This document shows, one piece after another, positions 46,968 to 54,874 of a stretch of 57,506 nt of DNA; within the stretch, counting starts at the first letter, position 1, and the number at the start of each line of letters is the position of its first letter. Source of the DNA: Candidatus Magasanikbacteria bacterium CG10_big_fil_rev_8_21_14_0_10_47_10 (GTDB lineage: Bacteria > Patescibacteriota > Patescibacteriia > Magasanikbacterales > UBA922); assembly GCA_002773135.1 (NCBI GenBank), contig PFCB01000016.1:1-57506 (forward strand), given 5' to 3'. A model generated the notes under the pieces. It was given only the letters and a program-made list of their open reading frames with translations, searched no databases and had not been told where the DNA came from. The translations under genes and the position numbers were made by a program.

Positions 46968-49083
46968 TGACCGGACTTATCTCCGGCTGACGCAATATAT
47001 TCAGACAGGTGTCCGTATCTGGCTGAAGTACTATATTATTAAATTGTGTTACGCATGATGTATCACGCACCGGATTCTCTTCCACACCCGTACAATGTTC
47101 GTAATTCCCATTGTCATCACGCGTGCAGTCGGACAACTCTTCTGCAGGACCACGCCCGGGATACAGACAATTCTGCTGCGCATCTTTAACCTGACTTGCA
47201 ATAGATGGAAAATAGTATAAATCAAACCCGTTTGGGCCAAATTCTCTGTGCGATACAGTAACAACCGTTTGTCCGGCATCATTTTCACCCGAATCCAAGG
47301 CAAACCATATATCGTCCATGCCATTCAAGTTTGCCGGATGCTCGGTCACCCGCACATTCCTATGCAATGTGTGATACCACATGCGTTCACTAAACGTGAT
47401 AGAGAGCGGCGCATCGCCGGGCACGCGGCCTTGATCAATATCAGGAGTCACGCGGCTGATAAATGGAGGCGTTCTATCGATGGTATTGCGAATACCAAAG
47501 GTCCACCACATATTGTCTTCAGCTCGTTCCTGATCGCCAATTGCTTTTATATCAATATTCCCCGCGTTATCGCGCAATCCAACCGGCGGTTTGCCATCGG
47601 CTTCACCGGCGTCATGCTCTACAATGTCACCACTGCGGCCATTCAATGCATTTCCTGATGCATCCATCACACCGGAAAATGGAATTGCCTCAAAAGATCG
47701 ACCATCGGGGTTGATCACGTCTGCCGTACGAATCAACACTTCATAATCCTCTGCGCAGGCCTCGTCTGCGTCCGCGCATGATGGTGTTGGAAGGCAGTAC
47801 ATAACATCGCCGCAACTATTTTGGCCGCAAGCGATGTCAGAAACAAATTCAACTGTTTGATACCGATTCGTCAGCTTCCATTCACCGGTAACGGCACGAT
47901 CACCAAAAATAATATGATTAAATTCTGTGTTTGGTCCTGAAAGACCCTGCACAACCGTTGGGTCCATTGGTTCACTGAACGAAACTTGAATAATACTGTT
48001 CCGTGGTGCTATTTGGTTCCTCCCCCTGCCGGGATAGACATTCGTTACAAAGGGCGGGACATCATCAATAGTGGTGTCCGTTTGAAACGTCCATTCATAA
48101 TGATTTGATCGTGATCCTTCAAAAGCTCCTGTACCATCCTTTCTTAGAATGATAGGTTTGAGATCAACGATATATTGCATATTTTGTTCACCGCTACCAA
48201 GCAATTCAAGCGGCTTAAACGTAAACGTGTACGCATTTCTAGCGGCTCCGTCTTCGTATATGGTGAGCGCGGACGCCTGAATTGGCTGTCCGGCCGGCGC
48301 ATCTCCTTGCGCGGCAGCCACAATAGTGACAGCATCCGTATCCAGCTGATCGCAATGAATCGCACGATTAAACACTTCGCCATCGGGGACAAAGCAATCA
48401 CCATAAAACGGACTGCTCTCCGGGCCGCATAGATTGGTGGCCTGCCCATTGTCGCCAACACAGGTATTATTGCTGTTTACGATAATGCTCGCAGGATCGA
48501 TTGGCTCGGAAAACGTAACAAGAATATTTGTGTTTCGTTTTACGCCTTGCTGACCACGTTCCGGATAATGATCTTGAACAATACCGGAACCCAACGATCC
48601 GCTGCCGGCAAAACTTTCAAAACCCGGGCCACGCCCGGCGCCCGCACCGCCAGCACCCGCGCCAACACCGGTTGCTTCTGACAACCGCGAGATAAAAAAC
48701 TGCGTAATGGCAAATGAGGACATGATAATAAACAATCCAATGGCGCCATTGATAAGAATCTTTTTTGCCTGTGCTATTTTATCTTCACTGCCACCGGATG
48801 TCATGTAGACAAACCCTCCATATATGACAATAACCACGGCAATGATGCCAAGCAATCCCAAAAAGGCGCGAATAATCCCCGCAATAGTTAACCGAATATC
48901 CTGGGAACCCAAGGCAAGACCTGATTGATCCACCGTCCCAACTCCAAAGGTATCGCCGACATTGGCCTGCGCGCTGACCATGCTTGGCCGGACAAAAATA
49001 AAAATCGCCGCAATCAAAAAAAGTGCAACGATTAACAGTCCACCGTGTACATGGCGTTTGTGTTGTCGAATCCATGGAAGCAT
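46948..49083 (-). CDS. Pilin-domain plus Ig-like (Big_5-type) surface protein
   Basis: Same pilin-like N-terminal module as the giant gene; I.VTFSEPIDP.S and QVSFSEPMDP Ig-like motifs. Likely start MLPWIR at 49083. Confidence 0.85.
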   Translation of the reverse strand: MLPWIRQHKRHVHGGLLIVALFLIAAIFIFVRPSMVSAQANVGDTFGVGTVDQSGLALGSQDIRLTIAGIIRAFLGLLGIIAVVIVIYGGFVYMTSGGSEDKIAQAKKILINGAIGLFIIMSSFAITQFFISRLSEATGVGAGAGGAGAGRGPGFESFAGSGSLGSGIVQDHYPERGQQGVKRNTNILVTFSEPIDPASIIVNSNNTCVGDNGQATNLCGPESSPFYGDCFVPDGEVFNRAIHCDQLDTDAVTIVAAAQGDAPAGQPIQASALTIYEDGAARNAYTFTFKPLELLGSGEQNMQYIVDLKPIILRKDGTGAFEGSRSNHYEWTFQTDTTIDDVPPFVTNVYPGRGRNQIAPRNSIIQVSFSEPMDPTVVQGLSGPNTEFNHIIFGDRAVTGEWKLTNRYQTVEFVSDIACGQNSCGDVMYCLPTPSCADADEACAEDYEVLIRTADVINPDGRSFEAIPFSGVMDASGNALNGRSGDIVEHDAGEADGKPPVGLRDNAGNIDIKAIGDQERAEDNMWWTFGIRNTIDRTPPFISRVTPDIDQGRVPGDAPLSITFSERMWYHTLHRNVRVTEHPANLNGMDDIWFALDSGENDAGQTVVTVSHREFGPNGFDLYYFPSIASQVKDAQQNCLYPGRGPAEELSDCTRDDNGNYEHCTGVEENPVRDTSCVTQFNNIVLQPDTDTCLNILRQPEISPVSDQPVQ

Positions 49084-49188
49084 GGGACCGTGGATGACAT
49101 TGATAAATTGGTACCTTGTGATTCCTGACTGGCAAAACCACCGCCGCCAATCACTATTCACAACCTACCAATTGGTAGACGCGGGAAC

Positions 49189-49635
49189 CTACCCGGTTTC
49201 ATTTATTATTTGTTCCAGCATGGCCTTCACTCTGCTGCCATCCGCTTGCCCATTCACCCGGGCCATGGCGGCCCCCATGAGCTGACCAAAGGACATACCG
49301 TCCGCCGCGGTTGCCATTGTTTCCTGCACAATCTTTCGCAACGCGTCGTCGTTCATCTGTGCCGGCAAAAACGTATTCAAAATACCGATTTCAAATCTGT
49401 TTTTTTCAGCCAAGTCCTCCCGGTTTGCGTTCTCAAAATCCACAAGTGCGTCTTTCAATTGTTTTACCTGCGTACGAATGACCGACAGAACATCGTCATC
49501 TGTCAACTCTCCTCCCTTTTCAATTTCTTTATTTTTAGCCTCTGAACACAAGATCCGCAGCGTGTCTAGAGCTGCGGTATCTCGGTTCTTTAAGGCTGAA
49601 TCACGTGCTGTATATATCTGCTTCAGCAGTGACAT
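49189..49635 (-). CDS. GatB/YqeY domain protein
   Basis: A.KNRD...LDTLR.L.SE.KN.EI, E..ILNTFLP.QM, G..MG..M.RV.G.ADG. Confidence 0.92.
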   Translation of the reverse strand: MSLLKQIYTARDSALKNRDTAALDTLRILCSEAKNKEIEKGGELTDDDVLSVIRTQVKQLKDALVDFENANREDLAEKNRFEIGILNTFLPAQMNDDALRKIVQETMATAADGMSFGQLMGAAMARVNGQADGSRVKAMLEQIINETG

Positions 49636-49646
49636 AGAAAATAATG

Positions 49647-49892
49647 TTATCTTCGTCCTCTTTTTGGGATTTCTTCTTCCGGCAACCTGCCGATCTTACG
49701 CAAATATGCAGTCTTGGACTGCACCTTCGCGTAGGCGACAGCTTGCTTGCGGGAAACATTTTTACTTTTGTCTTTGGAAAAATGCTGTACTTTCCGCACT
49801 TGCAAGACTTTGCCAGAACGCATCCACTGCTGTTTCACGCGGCGAAAGAACGCCTCAAAGGATTCGTTTTTCTTTCGTTTCACTTCTGACAC
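49647..49892 (-). CDS. rpsU: 30S ribosomal protein bS21
   Basis: V.RKKNESFE.FFRR.K; GTG start with GGAGGTG Shine-Dalgarno; conserved rpsU-yqeY adjacency. Confidence 0.85.
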   Translation of the reverse strand: MSEVKRKKNESFEAFFRRVKQQWMRSGKVLQVRKVQHFSKDKSKNVSRKQAVAYAKVQSKTAYLRKIGRLPEEEIPKRGRR

Positions 49893-49934
49893 AACTATTC
49901 ACCTCCCCGGTGATATTAGATAAATATTACCATA

Positions 49935-49963
49935 ATAATACACACTTTTTTTTATTTTGTCAA
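49935..49963 (-). promoter_or_regulatory. Sigma70-type promoter for rpsU
   Basis: Minus strand TTGACA, 17 nt, TATTAT. Confidence 0.75.
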
Positions 49964-49973
49964 ACAATTCTCT

Positions 49974-51389
49974 TTATTTCATCAGCTTGCGCAGATGGTG
50001 TTCAATCTTCTTTTGATCAATGATTTCTTGAATTCCGGAGTCCATATCTCTGATAATAACAGTACCATCCTGAACCTCTTTTTGCCCCAAAATAATGGAA
50101 TGCGTCGATTTCATTTTATCTGCCAATTCCAGCTGTGCTTTGAGAGAACCTTTTGCCAAGCTGGAGCCAAGCTGAATCCCGGACTTGCGAAGAGACTCAA
50201 TAAGGGCAAGCGTTCGTCTGCGCGCCTGCTCTCCCAGTTGCGCAAAGAAAAATTGTCTTTCAATTCCTGCGGGATGTCGGGAGCCTGCAACGTCAGAACC
50301 TTCTTGCTCTTCTTTTTCTTTTTTGTTCAATGCAAGCATTACCCGTTCAAGACCGATAGCAAAGCCGCTGGCAGGGGTGGCTTCGCGAGCACCAATTTCT
50401 TCAAGTAACCCATCATATCGTCCGCCGCCGCCCAAGGCGCTCTGCGACTGTTCCTTTCCGCCGTCGACGAATAATTCAAAGACGGTGTCGGTATAATAGT
50501 CCAAACCTCTGACAAGAGTTGGTGTAAGCACATATGGAATCCGCAATTCATCGAGATATTCCAAAACGCTCATAAAAAAATCTTTTGACGCCGCGCTCAA
50601 CCACTCAATAATCTGTGGCGCGTCTTCAAGTGCTTCCTGACAACCGAGTTCCTTACAATCAAGGACACGAAGCGGATTTTTGCTAATTCTCTTTTTGCAA
50701 TTTTCACACAAATAGGATCGTTTACTTCGCAAATATCCCACAAGTTCCACAATATAATTTTGTCGATCTTCAAACGTGCCAATGCTATTGATGTGTATTT
50801 CCGCTTGAAGACCAAGATCTCGTAAAAAATTATACGCCATGCTGATCAACTCGGCGTCTGATACCGGATTTCTCTCACCAATCACCTCGCAGTTGAACTG
50901 GTGGAACTGACGATATCGTCCGGATTGAGGTCTGTCATGGCGAAACAAAGGACCCACTGTCCAAACTTTGACAGGTTGTGGAAGACTGAGCATGCCATGA
51001 GAAATATATGAACGCGCGATGCCGGCGGTAAACTCGGGACGCAGTGCTATTTTTGTGCCCTCGTTATCTTCAAAAACGTACATTTCTTTTTCAACCACAT
51101 CAGTACCGCGCCCCAGGGATTTGACGAAAAGCTGTGCCTGTTCAACAATAGGTGTTTCCACATAGCCATAGCAATAGCTTTCCGCGATGCTTCGTGCGGC
51201 ATCAAACATGCGCAGCCACTGGCCTCCTTGCGAGGGCACAATATCTTTCATGCCACGCACATTTTGATATGATTTTTGTGTTTTTTTTTCTTGCTTCGCA
51301 ACAGCAGGACTCAACGCCTCCTTTTTGTCCGCAACTTTTTTCTTTGTTGCTGGTTTTTTTGCCGGCGCGGATTTCTTTTTTGGAGACAT
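49974..51389 (-). CDS. hisS: Histidine--tRNA ligase
   Basis: VRGMKDI, KEMY.F.D, LRPEFTAG.AR, RPQ.GRYRQF.Q, LVRGLDYY, GGGRYDGL, GFAIGLER. Confidence 0.98.
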   Translation of the reverse strand: MSPKKKSAPAKKPATKKKVADKKEALSPAVAKQEKKTQKSYQNVRGMKDIVPSQGGQWLRMFDAARSIAESYCYGYVETPIVEQAQLFVKSLGRGTDVVEKEMYVFEDNEGTKIALRPEFTAGIARSYISHGMLSLPQPVKVWTVGPLFRHDRPQSGRYRQFHQFNCEVIGERNPVSDAELISMAYNFLRDLGLQAEIHINSIGTFEDRQNYIVELVGYLRSKRSYLCENCKKRISKNPLRVLDCKELGCQEALEDAPQIIEWLSAASKDFFMSVLEYLDELRIPYVLTPTLVRGLDYYTDTVFELFVDGGKEQSQSALGGGGRYDGLLEEIGAREATPASGFAIGLERVMLALNKKEKEEQEGSDVAGSRHPAGIERQFFFAQLGEQARRRTLALIESLRKSGIQLGSSLAKGSLKAQLELADKMKSTHSIILGQKEVQDGTVIIRDMDSGIQEIIDQKKIEHHLRKLMK

Positions 51390-51452
51390 AGGGGTAAAAA
51401 ATCAAGAGTGAAAAATGTAGGACGGTACGTCTAACGACAAACGAATAAAACA

Positions 51453-52064
51453 CTATAAATTATAATCCGGTTTTTCAAACAACTGAACTCGTGTAACAGG
51501 CCAACCGCGTACCCAGGTGCGCCCTACAATAGAATCTCGCGCAATCGGACCAAAGCGCCGTGAATCAAAACTTGCGTCTCTGTTATCGCCGAGTACAAAA
51601 TACTGATCGCTTCCCAGCGTGTAGGAAATATCTCCCGGCGTTTCCTCAGTCAGATACTCCTCGTGGACAACCACACCTTGCAGGTTATCACTATTGTAAA
51701 TAATAACTTTATTGTCTTGTACTTTTACACGCTCACCCGGCAAACCTATGATTCTTTTTAAATAAAAATCTTTTTGCGAAACAGGCGGACGAAAGACAAT
51801 CACTTCCCCGCGCGCAGGTTCGCGGAATCGATATGTTAATTCATCGATAATAAGATAATCACTTGGCTCATATGTCGGTTCCATTGACTCCCCCTTTACA
51901 TAAAAGGGCTTAAACAAAAAATAACGGACAAGGCCAATCGTAATGGCCGCAAGGACAACAACCTTTATGAGCTCAAGAAAAAAAAGGCCGATAATACCAA
52001 AGACACTCCTGCCAACTTCTTGCTCTGTAATATCGTTTTGTTCGGACATAGCTTTTAGGCTCAA
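51453..52064 (-). CDS. lepB: Signal peptidase I
   Basis: V.G.SMEPT, YLKRIIGLPGE, YFVLGDNR..S.DSR.FG. Confidence 0.97.
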   Translation of the reverse strand: MSLKAMSEQNDITEQEVGRSVFGIIGLFFLELIKVVVLAAITIGLVRYFLFKPFYVKGESMEPTYEPSDYLIIDELTYRFREPARGEVIVFRPPVSQKDFYLKRIIGLPGERVKVQDNKVIIYNSDNLQGVVVHEEYLTEETPGDISYTLGSDQYFVLGDNRDASFDSRRFGPIARDSIVGRTWVRGWPVTRVQLFEKPDYNL

Positions 52065-52245
52065 TAGAGTGAAAAATAGGGCAATTTAGGTTCCCATTAT
52101 ACCCCCTTTCGGACAAAAATGCAAATATGAAAAAAAACAGCGAAATACTGCTTTTTTGGACATACTACAGCTCCTTTTCCCGTGTGGTAAACAGAGTCAT
52201 GGAATCAAAAGTGGGACCTTCTTCTTACCAGATATACCCCCCCTG

Positions 52246-52325
52246 CATAGTGGGCGATCCAAGAATCCCTGCCTGCCGGCAGGCAGGGAACTTGGGACAT
52301 TCCCGCATCACGTGCGGGACGCTCT
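52246..52325 (-). pseudogene. tRNA-Ile-derived 3' fragment with a 20 bp palindrome in the T loop and a substituted anticodon arm
   Basis: catagtgggcgatccaagaatc is identical to 52500-52521; cctgcctgccggcaggcagg (52268-52287) is inserted between TTC and GATT; the anticodon arm is replaced by tcccgc-N7-gcggga. Confidence 0.8.
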
Positions 52326-52504
52326 GTCCATAGAGGCTATATAGTAGTCTATTAACTGAGGCGGCAGCTTCCTTTTCTTTTCTTTTGTTTTATTTTTTAT
52401 TCGAATGATCTTGCGACAACAATAGAATCAAACCACCAACATCCTATCAAAACCATGGCCATTTTTTTCGCTTGCAAGCAGATAGAGAATCCCCCTCTTC
52501 ATAG

Positions 52505-52578
52505 TGGGCGATCCAAGAATCGAACTTGGGACCTCTACATTATCAGTGTAGCGCTCTAACCATCTGAGCTAATCGCCC
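52505..52578 (-). tRNA. tRNA-Ile(GAT)
   Basis: GGGCGAT acceptor; ctaca-ctGATaa-tgtag; ccaag-ttcgatt-cttgg; CCA not encoded. Confidence 0.97.
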
Positions 52579-52601
52579 GCTTTACTTATGTTGTCGTCGA
52601 T

Positions 52602-52632
52602 GGGACCTTCCCGCATCAAGCGCGGGACGCTC
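52602..52632 (-). repeat. tRNA-like anticodon-arm repeat, copy 2
   Basis: Minus strand gagcg-tcccgc-gcttgat-gcggga-aggtccc; the flanks equal tRNA-Ile GAGCG...AGGTCCC. Confidence 0.75.
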
Positions 52633-52641
52633 ATCGCGCCG

Positions 52642-52715
52642 TGGACTTAAGTGGATTCGAACCACTGACCTCTACAATGTCAATGTAGCGCTCTAACCAA
52701 CTGAGCTATAAGTCC
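52642..52715 (-). tRNA. tRNA-Val(GAC)
   Basis: GGACTTA acceptor; ctaca-ttGACat-tgtag; agtgg-ttcgaat-ccact; CCA not encoded. Confidence 0.97.
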
Positions 52716-52718
52716 ATT

Positions 52719-52746
52719 GACCTTCCCGCAATTTCGCGGGACGCTC
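52719..52746 (-). repeat. tRNA-like anticodon-arm repeat, copy 3
   Basis: Minus strand gagcg-tcccgc-gaaatt-gcggga-aggtc, ending 3 nt before the 5' end of tRNA-Val. Confidence 0.75.
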
Positions 52747-52806
52747 CAATTTGTGCCAATGAGTATACCGTATATGCTCGATCATTTCAAACGCCGCGTT
52801 CGACGT

Positions 52807-52835
52807 ACAATACTGTGGAATTATCTTTTTGTCAA
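52807..52835 (-). promoter_or_regulatory. Sigma70-type promoter for the tRNA-Val/Ile pair
   Basis: Minus strand TTGACA, 17 nt, TATTGT. Confidence 0.65.
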
Positions 52836-52839
52836 CCAA

Positions 52840-52864
52840 AATCCCCCGATTCGGTCGGGGGATT
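52840..52864 (-). terminator. Terminator-like hairpin after khpA
   Basis: aatcccccga-N5-tcgggggatt followed by a short T-run on the minus strand. Confidence 0.7.
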
Positions 52865-52877
52865 GTTTGGATAACTC

Positions 52878-53285
52878 TTAAATGCTTAGGGTATCGACAG
52901 CGCTTGTGTCGATGTCCATATCACGATCTCGGTCTCGGTCATGATCATGACCGCGGTCTGATGCACCTCTGTCATGATGGTCACGATCCATGTCATGATT
53001 CCGATCCATGCCGGAGGATCGTGGCGCCGGGCCACGGCCACCTTCGGGTTCATTAATCTTAAGATTTACACGTGCGTTATTTTTTGCACCGACAACTTTC
53101 AAAAGGGTGCGAATCGCGCGGGCGGTCTGTCCACGTCGACCAATAACATAGCCCATATCACCCGGATTCAAATCCAACGTGATAAGGACACCTCTCTCGT
53201 CAACCGTTCGTGTTGATTTTACATCATCAGGATTGTTGACAATTGCCTTTACGACATACTCGAGAAACGCTTGGTCTTGTTCCAT
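52878..53285 (-). CDS. khpA: KH-domain RNA-binding protein KhpA-like with an Asp/Arg/His-rich tail
   Basis: FLEYVVKAIV.NPDDV, DMGYVIGRRGQTARAIRTLL; follows rpsP. Likely start MEQDQA. Confidence 0.9.
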   Translation of the reverse strand: MEQDQAFLEYVVKAIVNNPDDVKSTRTVDERGVLITLDLNPGDMGYVIGRRGQTARAIRTLLKVVGAKNNARVNLKINEPEGGRGPAPRSSGMDRNHDMDRDHHDRGASDRGHDHDRDRDRDMDIDTSAVDTLSI

Positions 53286-53377
53286 ATCGAGCGAATTCTT
53301 TATTGAATAAAGGGCAAAGAACAATATGTTCTTGTGGCGACGAGTATAGCATGCAGGCAACGACCCGTCAACGAATA

Positions 53378-53884
53378 TTACACACCTGTTTTTTCTTCTC
53401 CGGTCTGCTGCCCCTGCTCGGCAGGAGCAGCTTCTTCCTCCGGCGACTCCTCTTGCGTAGAGGGAGCCTCTTCAGGAGCTGATTCCACCGGCTGTTGCGA
53501 CTCGTCTTCGTTTTCAGGGACATCTTGTTGTGCCACTTCCTCAGAAGCGGCAGCGGCACTCTTTGCCTCTTCATCAGCGGCTTTTTTTTCATCTAACTTT
53601 CCTCTCCGTCTTTTTGTAATGGTAATCGCTTTGGCTTTTTCTCCCGAAAGAATTCCCGCGTTCACAAGTAAATTATGAACGGTATTTGATGGCTGAGCGC
53701 CCATCGAAATCCAATGTTTGATGCGTTCAACATTCAAATCAATCACTTTATCTTTAAGAACAGGATTATATTTTCCCAACGTCTCAAGCGTCCCCGCCTG
53801 TGTGTCTTTTTCACGCTCAGACACAATCATGCGATATACCGGCGCTTTCTTTTTTCCAATTCTTTGAAGCCTTATTCGTAACAT
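53378..53884 (-). CDS. rpsP: 30S ribosomal protein S16 with a long acidic C-terminal extension
   Basis: MLRIRLQRIGKKK.P.YR.IV, LG.YNP, HWI..GAQPS.TV.NLL. Confidence 0.97.
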   Translation of the reverse strand: MLRIRLQRIGKKKAPVYRMIVSEREKDTQAGTLETLGKYNPVLKDKVIDLNVERIKHWISMGAQPSNTVHNLLVNAGILSGEKAKAITITKRRRGKLDEKKAADEEAKSAAAASEEVAQQDVPENEDESQQPVESAPEEAPSTQEESPEEEAAPAEQGQQTGEEKTGV

Positions 53885-53975
53885 ACCTATATAAAAATTA
53901 CAAATGTCAAATAACCAATGACAAATGTCTCATGGATATTTGTCAATTGATAACACGTAGTGAACGGTAGGCAGC

Positions 53976-54004
53976 AGTATAGACCAGTAGCCGCCAAAAG
54001 TCAA
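53976..54004 (-). promoter_or_regulatory. Sigma70-type promoter for rpsP-khpA
   Basis: Minus strand TTGACT, 17 nt, TATACT. Confidence 0.75.
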
Positions 54005-54010
54005 GACTCA

Positions 54011-54039
54011 TTGACACCAAGCCAAAAAATGAGTAATTT
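54011..54039 (+). promoter_or_regulatory. Divergent sigma70-type promoter
   Basis: TTGACA, 17 nt, TAATTT; back-to-back with the rpsP promoter. Confidence 0.6.
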
Positions 54040-54064
54040 GTGTAAACAAACAGGTGGAGGAACA

Positions 54065-54337
54065 ATGCAAGAGTGGAAACAGGGCGGAATCTACTGGTAT
54101 CCCGCCCCTGCCATTGGTATGGACGTCATCGTCCAAATCATGCCGTCGCAGGGTGATGGACCCGCCTCTCACTACCAGGTTCTTGCCTACAAAGATCAGG
54201 CGACCGACCAAGTAGAGATTCCGCGAGAACCGCGCGTTTTTGCACTCACGCGCATGGAGGGGCGGACGGTCTATCCCGCGAACGAGGGACTTATCGTGCA
54301 GGTGGAACGTGCGATCACCGAGGCCGAGCAGGCCTAG
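54065..54337 (+). CDS. Hypothetical protein (90 aa, MQEWKQGGIYWYP...)
   Basis: GGAGGA Shine-Dalgarno 3 nt before the ATG; promoter upstream; hairpins downstream. Confidence 0.7.
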   Translation: MQEWKQGGIYWYPAPAIGMDVIVQIMPSQGDGPASHYQVLAYKDQATDQVEIPREPRVFALTRMEGRTVYPANEGLIVQVERAITEAEQA

Positions 54338-54500
54338 CGGGATCACTTTTTTTGTGCAACAAAGCCGGCAGATTCTCTGCCGGCTTCACTTTTTTTATAG
54401 GATCAATACATACGCATACATCATATTGATTGATCCTATGCCGAGCTCTTCCAGCACTCGGCGTGCCTCCTTTTACCGGGCAGGATGATATGCTGTCCAT

Positions 54501-54791
54501 CTAGATAAGGGTGCAAAAGCCGCTCTTGGATCTGGTGCTGATCACACCGGAACAGAACGTCCTCCCATTCGGGTCTTTGACCCACCGGTACACCTGCTGA
54601 CAGGTTCCGGTGGCCATCTCACCCGACTCTTGCGCGACCATGACCGGTGCGCTTCCCCATCGGAGTGCCGCTTCACCAGAGTCCGTGGACTGCTGCACGT
54701 CTTCACGCCGAACACCCAGCGCTTCGTTCTTATCCGTCATGAATGTGATCACGTTCCGATTGGTCAAGACAGCCAATGAAATGGCGCGCAT
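54501..54791 (-). CDS. Hypothetical protein (96 aa, MRAISLAVL...)
   Basis: GGAGGA Shine-Dalgarno just upstream of ATG 54791; convergent with the 54065 ORF. Confidence 0.6.
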   Translation of the reverse strand: MRAISLAVLTNRNVITFMTDKNEALGVRREDVQQSTDSGEAALRWGSAPVMVAQESGEMATGTCQQVYRWVKDPNGRTFCSGVISTRSKSGFCTLI

Positions 54792-54830
54792 CTTTCCTCC
54801 ACGATTGAACACATAGGGTACAAAATAAAA

Positions 54831-54849
54831 ATGGACTGGTCAAGTCCAT
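54831..54849 (-). terminator. Terminator after smc
   Basis: atggact-N5-agtccat followed by tttttatttt on the minus strand. Confidence 0.6.
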
Positions 54850-54874
54850 CTTTGGTATAGAGGTCCACCGACGC

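Noticed and set aside
35808-49161. Many 60-195 aa ORFs inside the giant genes
   Set aside because: They are antisense or off-frame shadows of GC-richer coding sequence with no recognisable motifs.
52127-52344. ORFs containing PACRQAG-type peptides
   Set aside because: These are translations of the cctgcctgccggcaggcagg palindrome and tRNA fragment, not credible proteins.
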